A DNA stretch of 64,000 bases from Candidatus Altimarinota bacterium. GTDB taxonomy: Bacteria; Patescibacteriota; Gracilibacteria; UBA1369; JBGAUX01. Shown one piece after another: positions 28,613-37,008 of this stretch. Position 1 is the stretch's first letter; each line of letters starts with the position of its first letter. Location: positions 21,414-85,413 of the forward strand of contig JBGAUX010000001.1 in NCBI GenBank assembly GCA_044228405.1, in the 5' to 3' direction. The translations under genes and the position numbers were made by a program. The notes under the pieces are model-generated. The model was not told the DNA's origin. It was given only the letters and a program-made list of their open reading frames with translations, and made no database searches.

Positions 28613-31123
28613 ATGAAGTTTATTGTAGATAAAGAAATTTTACAGCATTATCCAAGTTTGCACTTGGGTGCAATTATTCTAAAAAACTTTGATAACTCTA
28701 AGCGAATTTCGGTTATAGAAAGCCTTTTGCGGGGTGCTAATGAAGAGAAAATTAGAGATTTTTCTGGTAAAAAAATTGAGGAAGATCCTCGGGTGAAGGT
28801 GTGGAAAAAGACATACAAAAGCTTTGATTTTGATGACAAAAATCATTTTTCAAATTTAGAAGATTTACTAAAAAAAGCTATTGGTGGAAAGGGAAAAGCA
28901 TCTGGCAATAGCCTGGTGGATATTTGTAATTTAATTGCTTTAAAGTACTGTATCCCAATTCAAGCGCATGATATTGATGAGCTTTCTGGTAATTTAAGGC
29001 TTACTTACGCAGCAGGAAGCGAATACTTTGTTGAAGAAGGTAAAAAAGCCATCAAAGTTAAAAATGGAGAAGTAGTATATAGAGACGATGCTGGAGTGCT
29101 GAGTAGAGGCTGGAATTGGCAATTTTCTGCTCGGGACAAAATCTCAACAAATACAAATAACGCCTTAGTTTTATTTGAAGATATGGGCGTTTTGGGCACT
29201 AAAGGGCTTGAAGACGCAATCAAAGACTTTATTTATTTCTTCAAAAAATATGAAGGAATTGATTGTAGCTACAGTGTGATTTCTTCGCACACGCAAGAGC
29301 TAGATTTGGGTGTAGAAGGTGTGTACGGCATTACCGACGACGAAAGCGGAGAGTTGCATATATTTGAAAAAAAGAGTATTGGCAAAGTAGAGAAATTAGC
29401 TAAGCCCAAAGCCATGGATTACGAAACATATATAGATAAAATTAGTAAGCTTTTACAGAAAACTATTAAAAAGAGTTTTTCCGAAGTTGCCGATAGTAAT
29501 TTTGTGGTGGAAGAAAGCAAAGATGTTCAACATGGTGATTATGCGAGCAATTTGGCGCTTCAATTAGGGCAAAAATTAAAGTCTAATCCACGCGAGACAG
29601 CAGAAAAAATTGTTGAGGCCATAAAAAAACCAACTTGGATTGAGAAAATTGAAGTAGCAGGTCCAGGTTTTATCAATTTCTTTGTGTCTAAAAAAGCATT
29701 AACCAGTGTGCTGGAAACGATCATTGCGCACCCTGTAGAATACGGCAACTGCAAGGGCAAAACTAGCGAAATGCTGGTTGAATTTGCTCATCCAAATACG
29801 CATAAGGCCTTTCATATTGGGCATTTGCGAAATATAACTTTGGGAGAATCTTTAGTTAGATTGCTGGAATCGCAAGGGGTCAAGGTTCACAGAGCCAATT
29901 ACCAAGGTGATGTTGGTCCGCATGTGGCAAAATGTCTTTGGGGTTATATGAAAAGCGAGGTGCCAAAAAACCTAGATACAAATCAAGCCAAGGCCGAATT
30001 TTTAGGTAAAGTTTATGCAATTGGGGCCAAAGCCTACGAAGCTTCTGAGGATGCAAAAAAGGAAATTGATGAAATTAATAAACAAATTTACCAAGAGGAC
30101 GGAGATATAATGCCACTCTGGCGCGAAACTAGGCAGTGGAGTTTGGATTATTTTGATGAAATTTATCAAAGACTGGGGTCACATTTTGATAGATTATATT
30201 TTGAAAGTGAAGTGTGGAAATCTGGTTTTGAGTTGGTTCAAAACGGCTTAAAGAAGGGAGTTTTTGAGGAATCAAAAGGTGCAATTATCTACGATGGAGA
30301 AAAACACAATCTGCATAAAAGAGTTTTTATAACCTCTCAAGGAAATCTAACCTACGAAGGTAAGGAAGTTGGCTTGGCGCAAATGGAAAACACAGAGTTT
30401 AAATTTGATAAAAAAATTCATGTAGTGGCACACGAGCAATCTGCCTATTTTCAGGTGGTGTTTAAGGCTATAGAACAGTTAATGCCCGAGCTTGAAGGTC
30501 GCCAAGAACATGTGCCTTACGGCATGGTTAAATTGCCTTCCGGTAAAATGTCATCTCGAACAGGTGATGTAATAACAGCAGAATCTTTGCTAGAGGAAGC
30601 CAAAAGCAAGGTTGCAGTTTACGCAGAAAGAATAGAAGGAAGTCAGGAAGAGAAAGATGCTATTATCGAAAAAGTAGCTTTGGGTGCTGTTAAATTCACA
30701 ATGTTAAACGCCACTAGCGCTAGTGACATTGTTTTTGAACTTGAAAAAGTTACACAGTTAGAAGGCGCAACTGGCCCTTATTTGCAATATGCATACGCCA
30801 GAATTCAATCAATAATCAAAAAAGTTAATGCCAGTGCAGACGCAGATTACGATCAATTTAACGACTTAGATTGGCTTCTTATAAGGAAAATGTTGCATTT
30901 CCCAGAAATGGTTACTCGCTCTGCAAACGATCTTTCTCCTCATCATTTAGCTAGATATTTAATTGAAATTGCCGGTCAGTTTTCGGGCTGGTACGATAAA
31001 AATTCAGTTTTAAATACAGAAGATGGCTTGCAACAGGCGCGTTTAGACTTAGTTGTAGCTTTGGCGAGCATCATTAAAAAAGGCCTCAATTTAATGGGAA
31101 TAGAAGTACCGGATAAAATGTAG
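28613..31123 (+). CDS. argS: Arginine--tRNA ligase fused to an N-terminal B3/4-like domain
   Basis: ArgRS core from about residue 270: Add-1 domain (GDYASNLALQL, AGPGFINFF), HIGH motif (HPNTHKAFHIGHLRN), GKMSSRTG, and a DALR anticodon-binding domain at the C-terminus. Residues 1-225 (28613-29287) are paralogous to the LysRS C-terminal module: SLVDICNLIALKYCIPIQAHD and GEVVYRDDAGVLSRGWNWQFS. Confidence 0.9.
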   Translation: MKFIVDKEILQHYPSLHLGAIILKNFDNSKRISVIESLLRGANEEKIRDFSGKKIEEDPRVKVWKKTYKSFDFDDKNHFSNLEDLLKKAIGGKGKASGNSLVDICNLIALKYCIPIQAHDIDELSGNLRLTYAAGSEYFVEEGKKAIKVKNGEVVYRDDAGVLSRGWNWQFSARDKISTNTNNALVLFEDMGVLGTKGLEDAIKDFIYFFKKYEGIDCSYSVISSHTQELDLGVEGVYGITDDESGELHIFEKKSIGKVEKLAKPKAMDYETYIDKISKLLQKTIKKSFSEVADSNFVVEESKDVQHGDYASNLALQLGQKLKSNPRETAEKIVEAIKKPTWIEKIEVAGPGFINFFVSKKALTSVLETIIAHPVEYGNCKGKTSEMLVEFAHPNTHKAFHIGHLRNITLGESLVRLLESQGVKVHRANYQGDVGPHVAKCLWGYMKSEVPKNLDTNQAKAEFLGKVYAIGAKAYEASEDAKKEIDEINKQIYQEDGDIMPLWRETRQWSLDYFDEIYQRLGSHFDRLYFESEVWKSGFELVQNGLKKGVFEESKGAIIYDGEKHNLHKRVFITSQGNLTYEGKEVGLAQMENTEFKFDKKIHVVAHEQSAYFQVVFKAIEQLMPELEGRQEHVPYGMVKLPSGKMSSRTGDVITAESLLEEAKSKVAVYAERIEGSQEEKDAIIEKVALGAVKFTMLNATSASDIVFELEKVTQLEGATGPYLQYAYARIQSIIKKVNASADADYDQFNDLDWLLIRKMLHFPEMVTRSANDLSPHHLARYLIEIAGQFSGWYDKNSVLNTEDGLQQARLDLVVALASIIKKGLNLMGIEVPDKM

Positions 31124-31203
31124 CGTGCCAATTAAGAAGCAGGCTTTCAAAACAAATTTATTTTTGCTAAAATAGGCGAAGTTAGTTTTTTACAAAAATC
31201 ATC

Positions 31204-31800
31204 ATGGATATTAAAAGTATGCCTAGTTGGACCAAATTTGCAGCAGTTGTGGTAGTGATTGCGTTGTGGGTTATGGGTGTTTACAACGGCTTAGTAACTA
31301 TGCGTACACAAATCGACGCAAACTGGGCTCAAGTAGAAGTTCAATATCAAAGAAGAGCTGATTTGATTCCTCAGTTGGTTTCTACCGTTCAAGGAGCGGC
31401 AAATTTCGAACAAGGCACTTTGGTTGCTGTAACCGAGGCGCGAACTCAATGGTTAAACACAAAAAATGATCCTAATGCTTCATTAGATTCGCAAATTCAA
31501 TCTGCCAATAATTTTGATAGCGCTTTATCTCGATTATTAGTTACAGTTGAGTCGTATCCTCAATTAACAGCGACAGAAACATTCAAAACATTACAAGATC
31601 AGCTTGAAGGTACAGAAAACAGAGTTGCTGTAGCCAGAAAAGACTTCAACGAAACAGTTACACCTTACAATGTTAAAACTCAAAGATTCCCTGGAAACAT
31701 AGTTGCAAAACTATTTGGATTTGATAAATACCCATTCTTTGAATCTGCCGCAGGTTCTGAAAATGCACCAGAAGTGAAATTCGATTTCAACAATAAATAA
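31204..31800 (+). CDS. lemA: LemA family protein
   Basis: N-terminal TM helix. NGLVTMRTQIDANWAQVEVQYQRRADLIPQLV is the LemA signature region. Confidence 0.9.
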   Translation: MDIKSMPSWTKFAAVVVVIALWVMGVYNGLVTMRTQIDANWAQVEVQYQRRADLIPQLVSTVQGAANFEQGTLVAVTEARTQWLNTKNDPNASLDSQIQSANNFDSALSRLLVTVESYPQLTATETFKTLQDQLEGTENRVAVARKDFNETVTPYNVKTQRFPGNIVAKLFGFDKYPFFESAAGSENAPEVKFDFNNK

Positions 31801-32684
31801 TGCTGAAGCGGTTAATAATTACAAACTTAGTGGGGTTGGCAATGATATTGCTAGCCCCATTGACAATGGCCGCTTTACAGCTGCCAGATGCGCCTATTGG
31901 CAACACTTATGTGTCAGATTTTGCCGGAATTTTAAGTGACGAAACCGAGCAAAGTTTAAACAGCCGATTAGCGCAATTTGAAACCGATAAAACAACCGAA
32001 ATAGCGGTTGTAACCGTGGACAACTTGCAAGACTATAATATTGAAGAATACGGCATAGAGCTTGCTCGTAAATGGGGGATAGGGCAAAAAGATACTGACA
32101 ATGGCGTATTGCTCCTTGTGGCTCCTAATGAGCGAGAAGTTAGGATTGAGGTGGGATATGGACTAGAAGGGCCTCTGCCAGACGGTAAAGCCTCCAGAAT
32201 TATTCAGGAAATAATTTTACCTCAGTTTAAAGCTGGCGATTACGATTTAGGTGTAGTAAGCGGAGTCGATGCAATTATATCTGCTGTGGAAGGGGAAGAA
32301 TTTAGCGTACCACCTGTAGAAACAAATGACGTAGAAGGCTGGATAGGAGCTTTAATAATACTACTGCCATTTTTTTGGTTTATAATTAGCTGGTTTTCCG
32401 AAAGCAAAGCTTGGTGGGCAGGAGGGATTTTTGGAGGAGTTATCGGCTTTTTACTCGCATCCACTGGCGGTATATTGGTGGGTGCACTTTTAGGGTTAGC
32501 CACAGATTTTGTACTTTCAAAATACTTCTTTGGTAAATTAGTAAGTAAAGGTGGCGGCAAAGGCGGTTCCGGCTTTGGTGGGGGATTTTTCGGCGGAGGC
32601 GGAGGCTTTGGCGGAGGTTCAAGCGGAGGCGGAGGCTTTGGTGGCGGCAGCTTCGGCGGCGGAGGCGCCAGCGGGAAATGGTAG
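31800..32684 (+). CDS. TPM domain (YgcG-like) protein with TM helices and Gly-rich tail
   Basis: Signal/TM segment, then the TPM core (YVSDFAGILSDETEQ...EIAVVTV...GVLLLVAPNEREVRIEVGYGLEG). C-terminal GGGFGGG repeats. It is paired with lemA by a 1-nt overlap, which is the usual arrangement. Confidence 0.85.
   Translation: MLKRLIITNLVGLAMILLAPLTMAALQLPDAPIGNTYVSDFAGILSDETEQSLNSRLAQFETDKTTEIAVVTVDNLQDYNIEEYGIELARKWGIGQKDTDNGVLLLVAPNEREVRIEVGYGLEGPLPDGKASRIIQEIILPQFKAGDYDLGVVSGVDAIISAVEGEEFSVPPVETNDVEGWIGALIILLPFFWFIISWFSESKAWWAGGIFGGVIGFLLASTGGILVGALLGLATDFVLSKYFFGKLVSKGGGKGGSGFGGGFFGGGGGFGGGSSGGGGFGGGSFGGGGASGKW
32551..32684 (+). repeat. Low-complexity GGN-codon tandem repeats encoding the Gly-rich tail of the TPM protein
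   Basis: Repeated ggcggaggcggaggctttgg units are visible in the sequence. The region lies inside coding sequence. Confidence 0.6.
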
Positions 32685-32695
32685 TTTAATCCTTG

Positions 32696-32938
32696 CTACA
32701 AAAAATCTGGATGAACAATACCACCAGTGGTTGGATGGATCGTCAACAATTTGCGTTCCACTAAAGCAGTATATTCTCCAACTTCAAGACCCTTTTCGCC
32801 AATTATTGAAAAAGTCGACATACCTCCCGTTCCATAACCTGCAGCCCCCAAATCATATATAAAATTAAGAAAAGCTATCTGCATAGGATTTAGTCCTTCG
32901 TGTTGTTCTGTTGATTCTGGTTCATTAAGGCTAGGCAT
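32696..32938 (-). CDS. Hypothetical 80-aa protein
   Basis: ORF only, with no recognisable motif. It lies downstream of, and on the same strand as, the toxin-antitoxin pair. Coding status is uncertain. Confidence 0.35.
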   Translation of the reverse strand: MPSLNEPESTEQHEGLNPMQIAFLNFIYDLGAAGYGTGGMSTFSIIGEKGLEVGEYTALVERKLLTIHPTTGGIVHPDFL

Positions 32939-33019
32939 AGTGGAAGATTAGATGTGAGGTTTATTATAGGTTGAAACACAATTTTGTCAATGGCGCTGAG
33001 ATGTTATTATCCAGACAGC

Positions 33020-33283
33020 TTATCTATAGAGTTGTCCGTGGCTTCCAACTTTCAGTAAAATTGCTACAGCGTAGTTTTTTTCTTGTTTAAAAATGATTCT
33101 TAAATCAAAAGCCACATCTATAGAATTACACCCCTTGTACTTGCCTTTTAGAGGATGATTACGTAATTTTACATCAAATGGATCTTTGCAAAACAAAACA
33201 ACAGCCTCATTAACCATGTTTTGCTGTTTTAAGCTTAATTTTTGGTACTGCTTTGTAAAATTTCTGTGCCTATATAATTGCAT
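33020..33283 (-). CDS. Type II toxin, RelE/YafQ/ParE superfamily mRNA interferase
   Basis: 87 aa. FTKQYQKL...LRNHPLKGKYKGCNSIDVAFDLRIIF matches the YafQ/RelE pattern. Its start overlaps the stop of the upstream antitoxin gene. Confidence 0.8.
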   Translation of the reverse strand: MQLYRHRNFTKQYQKLSLKQQNMVNEAVVLFCKDPFDVKLRNHPLKGKYKGCNSIDVAFDLRIIFKQEKNYAVAILLKVGSHGQLYR

Positions 33284-33573
33284 TACTTTTTTAAGCTATT
33301 GATGAACTCTTCGGCCGAATTAAAAGGTCCTTCAAGGTTCTCGCCTTTTGCGACATCAGCTAATACTTCATCTAAATCACTTTGCTCCTTTGAGGTAAAA
33401 AGATTTTCGTCTCTGGTTATCATTACAGTCGCAATTTGAATTTTACCGTCAGCAAAATCATTTAAAAGTATACGAGCAACACTAGAAAGAGATAAGTGCA
33501 TTTTTTCAGCCATTTTTTCAGCTTTTTTCTTTGTTACTTTATCAATTGAAAGTGTTGTTTGATCCTTAGCCAT
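33283..33573 (-). CDS. Type II antitoxin (RelB/DinJ-like ribbon-helix-helix)
   Basis: 96 aa. The N-terminal TLSIDKVTKKKAEKMAEKMHLSLSSVARILLNDF looks like an RHH fold. It sits immediately upstream of the toxin and is translationally coupled to it. Confidence 0.7.
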   Translation of the reverse strand: MAKDQTTLSIDKVTKKKAEKMAEKMHLSLSSVARILLNDFADGKIQIATVMITRDENLFTSKEQSDLDEVLADVAKGENLEGPFNSAEEFINSLKK

Positions 33574-33655
33574 GATTATTATATGAAAACCTATAAAATT
33601 ACATGAATATTATATCAAAGGTGCAACCAAAGAGCAAAGTAAAAAGCCTTATTTC

Positions 33656-33745
33656 TGGCGGAGAGACAGGGATTCGAACCCTGGAGACCCTCGCGGGCCT
33701 AACGGTTTTCAAGACCGTCGCATTCGACCGCTCTGCCATCTCTCC
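33656..33745 (-). tRNA. tRNA-Ser (anticodon TGA), CCA encoded
   Basis: Hand-folded cloverleaf. Acceptor GGAGAGA/TCTCTCC with discriminator G and CCA. Anticodon stem ACGGT/ACCGT with loop CTTGAAA. Long variable arm. T-arm GGGTTCGAATCCC. Confidence 0.9.
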
Positions 33746-33776
33746 GCAATAACTGCTAGATTTTATTGTTATGAAC

Positions 33777-33805
33777 TTGAAAAGTAAAGAGCATTCCATT
33801 ACAAT
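33777..33805 (+). promoter_or_regulatory. Candidate promoter TTGAAA-17-TACAAT upstream of tRNA-Ser(GCT)
   Basis: Hexamers at 33777-33782 and 33800-33805 with a 17-nt spacer, about 47 nt upstream of the tRNA 5' end. Confidence 0.45.
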
Positions 33806-33851
33806 CTGCTCTGCCTTATTAGGCGAGACCTCTTATACTGCGGTTTACTGC

Positions 33852-33944
33852 GGAGAGATACCCAAGAGGCTGAAGGGGCGGGATTGCTAATCCTGTAGGT
33901 CGGAGTAATCCGGCGCGAGGGTTCGAATCCCTCTCTCTCCGCCA
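33852..33944 (+). tRNA. tRNA-Ser (anticodon GCT), CCA encoded
   Basis: Acceptor GGAGAGA/TCTCTCC with G and CCA. Anticodon stem CGGGA/TCCTG with loop TTGCTAA. Long variable arm. T-arm GGGTTCGAATCCC. Confidence 0.9.
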
Positions 33945-33953
33945 TTTAGAATT

Positions 33954-34271
33954 ATGTCTAAATTTTGGATTTATTTTGTATTAATGATAGTGGGCGACAC
34001 TTGCGCCATTGTTTCTAGCAAATATTATAGTCTTACGCACAATAAAATTTATATAGGTTTGTCTGCTCTTTCACTTGCACTTACCGGTGTATTTTTTGCC
34101 TTAGCCCTAAATTTTAAAGGAATGGCTTTAACCAACATACTTTGGGCAGCCTGGACTACAATAGTTATTTCATCTATTGGCGTATATTTTTTTAAAGAAG
34201 AAATTACCATCCTTCAAATAATCGGCATTGGAGTGATACTTTTAGGTCTAATTTTAGTGAATTACGAATAA
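33954..34271 (+). CDS. Small 4-TM membrane protein, SMR/DMT-like
   Basis: 105 aa with four predicted hydrophobic helices. Size and topology resemble SMR/EamA-half transporters. TM1 has Asp (GDTCAIV) rather than the canonical Glu. Confidence 0.55.
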   Translation: MSKFWIYFVLMIVGDTCAIVSSKYYSLTHNKIYIGLSALSLALTGVFFALALNFKGMALTNILWAAWTTIVISSIGVYFFKEEITILQIIGIGVILLGLILVNYE

Positions 34272-34329
34272 TTTAGATTTTTTTTAGAAATTTTTCATAA
34301 CTTTTTGCTTTAATCGAGTAAATTAAGTT

Positions 34330-34959
34330 TTGAATATGAAAATTTGTATAGGTGCAAACAAGAAAACAACACATCAAATATTGGAATTTTTGGGATTGCA
34401 AAACAATTTTGAGGTTGAAGTGTTTTCACATTCCTTAAAATTACTGGAGGCTTTTCGTGGCGGAACAAAATGGGATATGGTTTATGTGAGCGAAGATCTA
34501 TTGCAAATTAAAGGCTCGGCCTTGGCGCAACTTTTAAAGTACGACGACCCCAATTTACCCATAGTGCTTTTAAATGGCTTTGATAAGCAGGAATTGTGCA
34601 CACAATTAAATGACATTCTTAAAAAATTAGAACTTAGAGAAACTTTTCACACTCTACCTTATTGCAATACACGACTTAAAAATTTTGTTTTCAACGCGCA
34701 AAAATCAATGGTTTATAAAAAAGGTGAACCCATTAAATTAAGAAAAAAAGAAGCTCAACTTTTGGAATATTTACTAAGGTACAAAGACAAACTAGTAACC
34801 AAACAAACCCTTTTAGAGGCGGTTTGGCTACACAAATACAACCACACTTCACACACTGTGAGCTCTCATATAGCCCAACTGAGGCGCAAAATAGGCTTTG
34901 ATGTAGTCCAAATTAAAAACTTACCACGCCAGGGATATTTACTTACTCAATCTATTTGA
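34330..34959 (+). CDS. OmpR/PhoB-type winged-helix transcriptional regulator with degenerate (pseudo-)receiver domain
   Basis: C-terminal Trans_reg_C: KLRKKEAQLLEYLLRYKDKLVTKQTLLEAVW...HIAQLRRKI...LPRQGYLL. The N-terminal ~100 aa look receiver-like but lack the acidic pocket and the phospho-Asp by eye alignment. Confidence 0.7.
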   Translation: MNMKICIGANKKTTHQILEFLGLQNNFEVEVFSHSLKLLEAFRGGTKWDMVYVSEDLLQIKGSALAQLLKYDDPNLPIVLLNGFDKQELCTQLNDILKKLELRETFHTLPYCNTRLKNFVFNAQKSMVYKKGEPIKLRKKEAQLLEYLLRYKDKLVTKQTLLEAVWLHKYNHTSHTVSSHIAQLRRKIGFDVVQIKNLPRQGYLLTQSI

Positions 34960-36166
34960 GCAAAGTTTTGATGTAATCTACAGCAGCATCTTTTTGAGGA
35001 TCCTTTTCGTCTAAAATATCTTCTCTAGTAAGTTTTACAACCATATCTGGAGTAATGCCGACACCGTTAATATCTCTACCTTTAGCCGTAAACCATTTAG
35101 CAATCGTTAGTCGTAAGCTTGAACCATCATCTAATTTAATCACTTCTTGAACTGACCCTTTGCCAAAACTTTGCTCTCCAATTATAAATCCCCGTTTAAG
35201 ATCTTGAATGGCACCCGCAACAATTTCCGAAGCAGAAGCCGAACCTTGATTAATTAAAACCACTAAAGGCAAGTCTGCAAGCCTTGCGCTGCCGTCAGCC
35301 AAAAACTCTTCGTCGGTTAGGTTGCGTCTTTTTAAACTAACAACCTTTTCCCCTTTTTTAACAAAATCAGACAAAATATCCACAGATATATCTAAATAGC
35401 CTCCTCCGTTGTACCTCAAATCTAAAATCATGCCGTTTGCTTCATCCAACAATAACTTCGAAATAACAGCAGAAAGCTCTTGCGCTGTGCTGTCACCAAA
35501 TTGATTGATGCTCACAAAGGCAATTTTACCATCCAACAATTCATAACTCACACTTTCTACATTAATAGTATCTCTTTCAATCTCAAGCACCAAAGGCTCT
35601 TTAACATGCTCCCTTACAACTGTTAAATTAACTTTCGTGCCCTTTTTCCCTCGAATTTTAACGATAGCCTCATACAAGCTTAAATCATCAGTAAAAGCAT
35701 CATCAATTTTGTAAACAATATCTTTTGGCATCAGCCCAGTTTTTTCGGCTGGCGACTTCTTTAAAACAGTCAAAACAGTTAATTTTTCATCGTGGTAGCC
35801 CAATTCGGCACCAATCCCTTCGAGTTCGCCATTCAAATCTTGTTGAAATTGCTTGCTTTCAGTTGGATCCATAAACACCGTATAGTTGTCACCCAACGAC
35901 TCTACCAATCCCCTTATGGCTCCATAAGTAGCTTTGTCGGCATCAACTACATCAGATTCTACATATTCATTGTTGATTCTGGCCAATACATTCCAGAACA
36001 ATGCCATGTTTAAGCCATTATTTGGAACAATATCTTCTTTTTGCGTTTCGGTAGTTGACGGATTGGCACTTAAATCTTTTTGCCAGTAAAAGCCAGCAGT
36101 AAGCCCAAAAAGAAAAAATCCAACAGCCAAAACCGTTATCCAAATTTTGTTAGTTTTATTTATCAT
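34952..36166 (-). CDS. ctpA: S41 family carboxyl-terminal processing peptidase
   Basis: N-terminal TM helix, a PDZ-like region, catalytic NQGSASASEI, and GEQSFGKGSVQ. Confidence 0.9.
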   Translation of the reverse strand: MINKTNKIWITVLAVGFFLFGLTAGFYWQKDLSANPSTTETQKEDIVPNNGLNMALFWNVLARINNEYVESDVVDADKATYGAIRGLVESLGDNYTVFMDPTESKQFQQDLNGELEGIGAELGYHDEKLTVLTVLKKSPAEKTGLMPKDIVYKIDDAFTDDLSLYEAIVKIRGKKGTKVNLTVVREHVKEPLVLEIERDTINVESVSYELLDGKIAFVSINQFGDSTAQELSAVISKLLLDEANGMILDLRYNGGGYLDISVDILSDFVKKGEKVVSLKRRNLTDEEFLADGSARLADLPLVVLINQGSASASEIVAGAIQDLKRGFIIGEQSFGKGSVQEVIKLDDGSSLRLTIAKWFTAKGRDINGVGITPDMVVKLTREDILDEKDPQKDAAVDYIKTLLK

Positions 36167-36167
36167 A

Positions 36168-36962
36168 TTATTCTAAAGAGTAATCGGCTCTTTCAATAGA
36201 AATCGCCTTTTTAGTGGAAGTATTAATTTCAATAATTACTGAATTGAAGGTTTTTGGACCGCTTTCGGGAATTGTAAAAGGATAAGGAAACTGTGTTAAA
36301 AAATTGCGAATAACACTGTTTTTATCCACACCAATCACAGTATCAATTGGGCCAGTCATACCTGCATCGCTAACATAGGCCGTGCCCTCGTTTAAAATGC
36401 GATTATCGGCGGTTGGAACATGTGTGTGTGTGCCCACCAAAGCCGAAACTCTGCCGTCTGCGTATTGTGCCAAAGCTACTTTTTCCGATGTTGCCTCTGC
36501 GTGAAAATCAACAAAAATAGCATCAAAATTTTCATGCGCATTGTCCAATAAAATCTTATCCAAAGCCCTAAAAGGACAATCCAGATAATGCTTCATAAAA
36601 ACTCTTCCCATCAAATTAATAATCAATATTTTTTTCATCATGCCAGTTTCCACAACTGCATAGCCTCTACCATAAACATCAGGAGGAAAATTTGCAGGTC
36701 TTAGTAAAGGAAAACTCTTGTCATCAAGTTTAGAAAGGTTGGTTTTATTGTCCCAAATATGATTTCCAGAAGTAAAATAATCCACACCAGCACTCATCAT
36801 TTCGTCAATTGTGGCAGTTGTAAAACCTTTGCCGTGAGCCAAATTTTCGGCATTAGCAATTACAAAATCAATCTTTTCCTTTTTCTTTAGTTCTGGAAGG
36901 GTTTTATTTACAGCCTCTCTGCCTGGCTTTCCCACAATATCTCCTATAAACAAAATTTTCAT
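36168..36962 (-). CDS. ymdB: YmdB family metallophosphoesterase (2',3'-cyclic-nucleotide 2'-phosphodiesterase-like)
   Basis: MKILFIGDIVGKPGR, NAENLAHGKG and DFHAEATSEK match the TIGR00282/YmdB pattern. Confidence 0.9.
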   Translation of the reverse strand: MKILFIGDIVGKPGREAVNKTLPELKKKEKIDFVIANAENLAHGKGFTTATIDEMMSAGVDYFTSGNHIWDNKTNLSKLDDKSFPLLRPANFPPDVYGRGYAVVETGMMKKILIINLMGRVFMKHYLDCPFRALDKILLDNAHENFDAIFVDFHAEATSEKVALAQYADGRVSALVGTHTHVPTADNRILNEGTAYVSDAGMTGPIDTVIGVDKNSVIRNFLTQFPYPFTIPESGPKTFNSVIIEINTSTKKAISIERADYSLE

Positions 36963-37008
36963 AAATTAGCCTAAAAATAGTACAGAGATGATAGCACAGT
37001 TTAAATTT

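Noticed and set aside
32551-32862. 103-aa plus-strand ORF (Ala-rich) and the repetitive ggcggaggc DNA, considered as a separate gene or repeat array
   Set aside because: It is an out-of-frame reading of the Gly-rich tail of the TPM protein. The repeats are GGN codon low complexity, not CRISPR or another spaced repeat array.
33599-33799. 66-aa ORF on the minus strand from the ORF track
   Set aside because: It is almost entirely the antisense or sense read-through of tRNA-Ser(TGA) at 33656-33745. The tRNA cloverleaf explains the region.
32696-34271. Integrated mobile element at the tRNA-Ser locus
   Set aside because: There is no integrase, transposase or phage gene, and I could not find a direct repeat of the tRNA 3' end. 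Only a TA pair and small ORFs are present. The XerC/D gene at 42516 is 8 kb away and looks like the housekeeping dimer-resolution recombinase.
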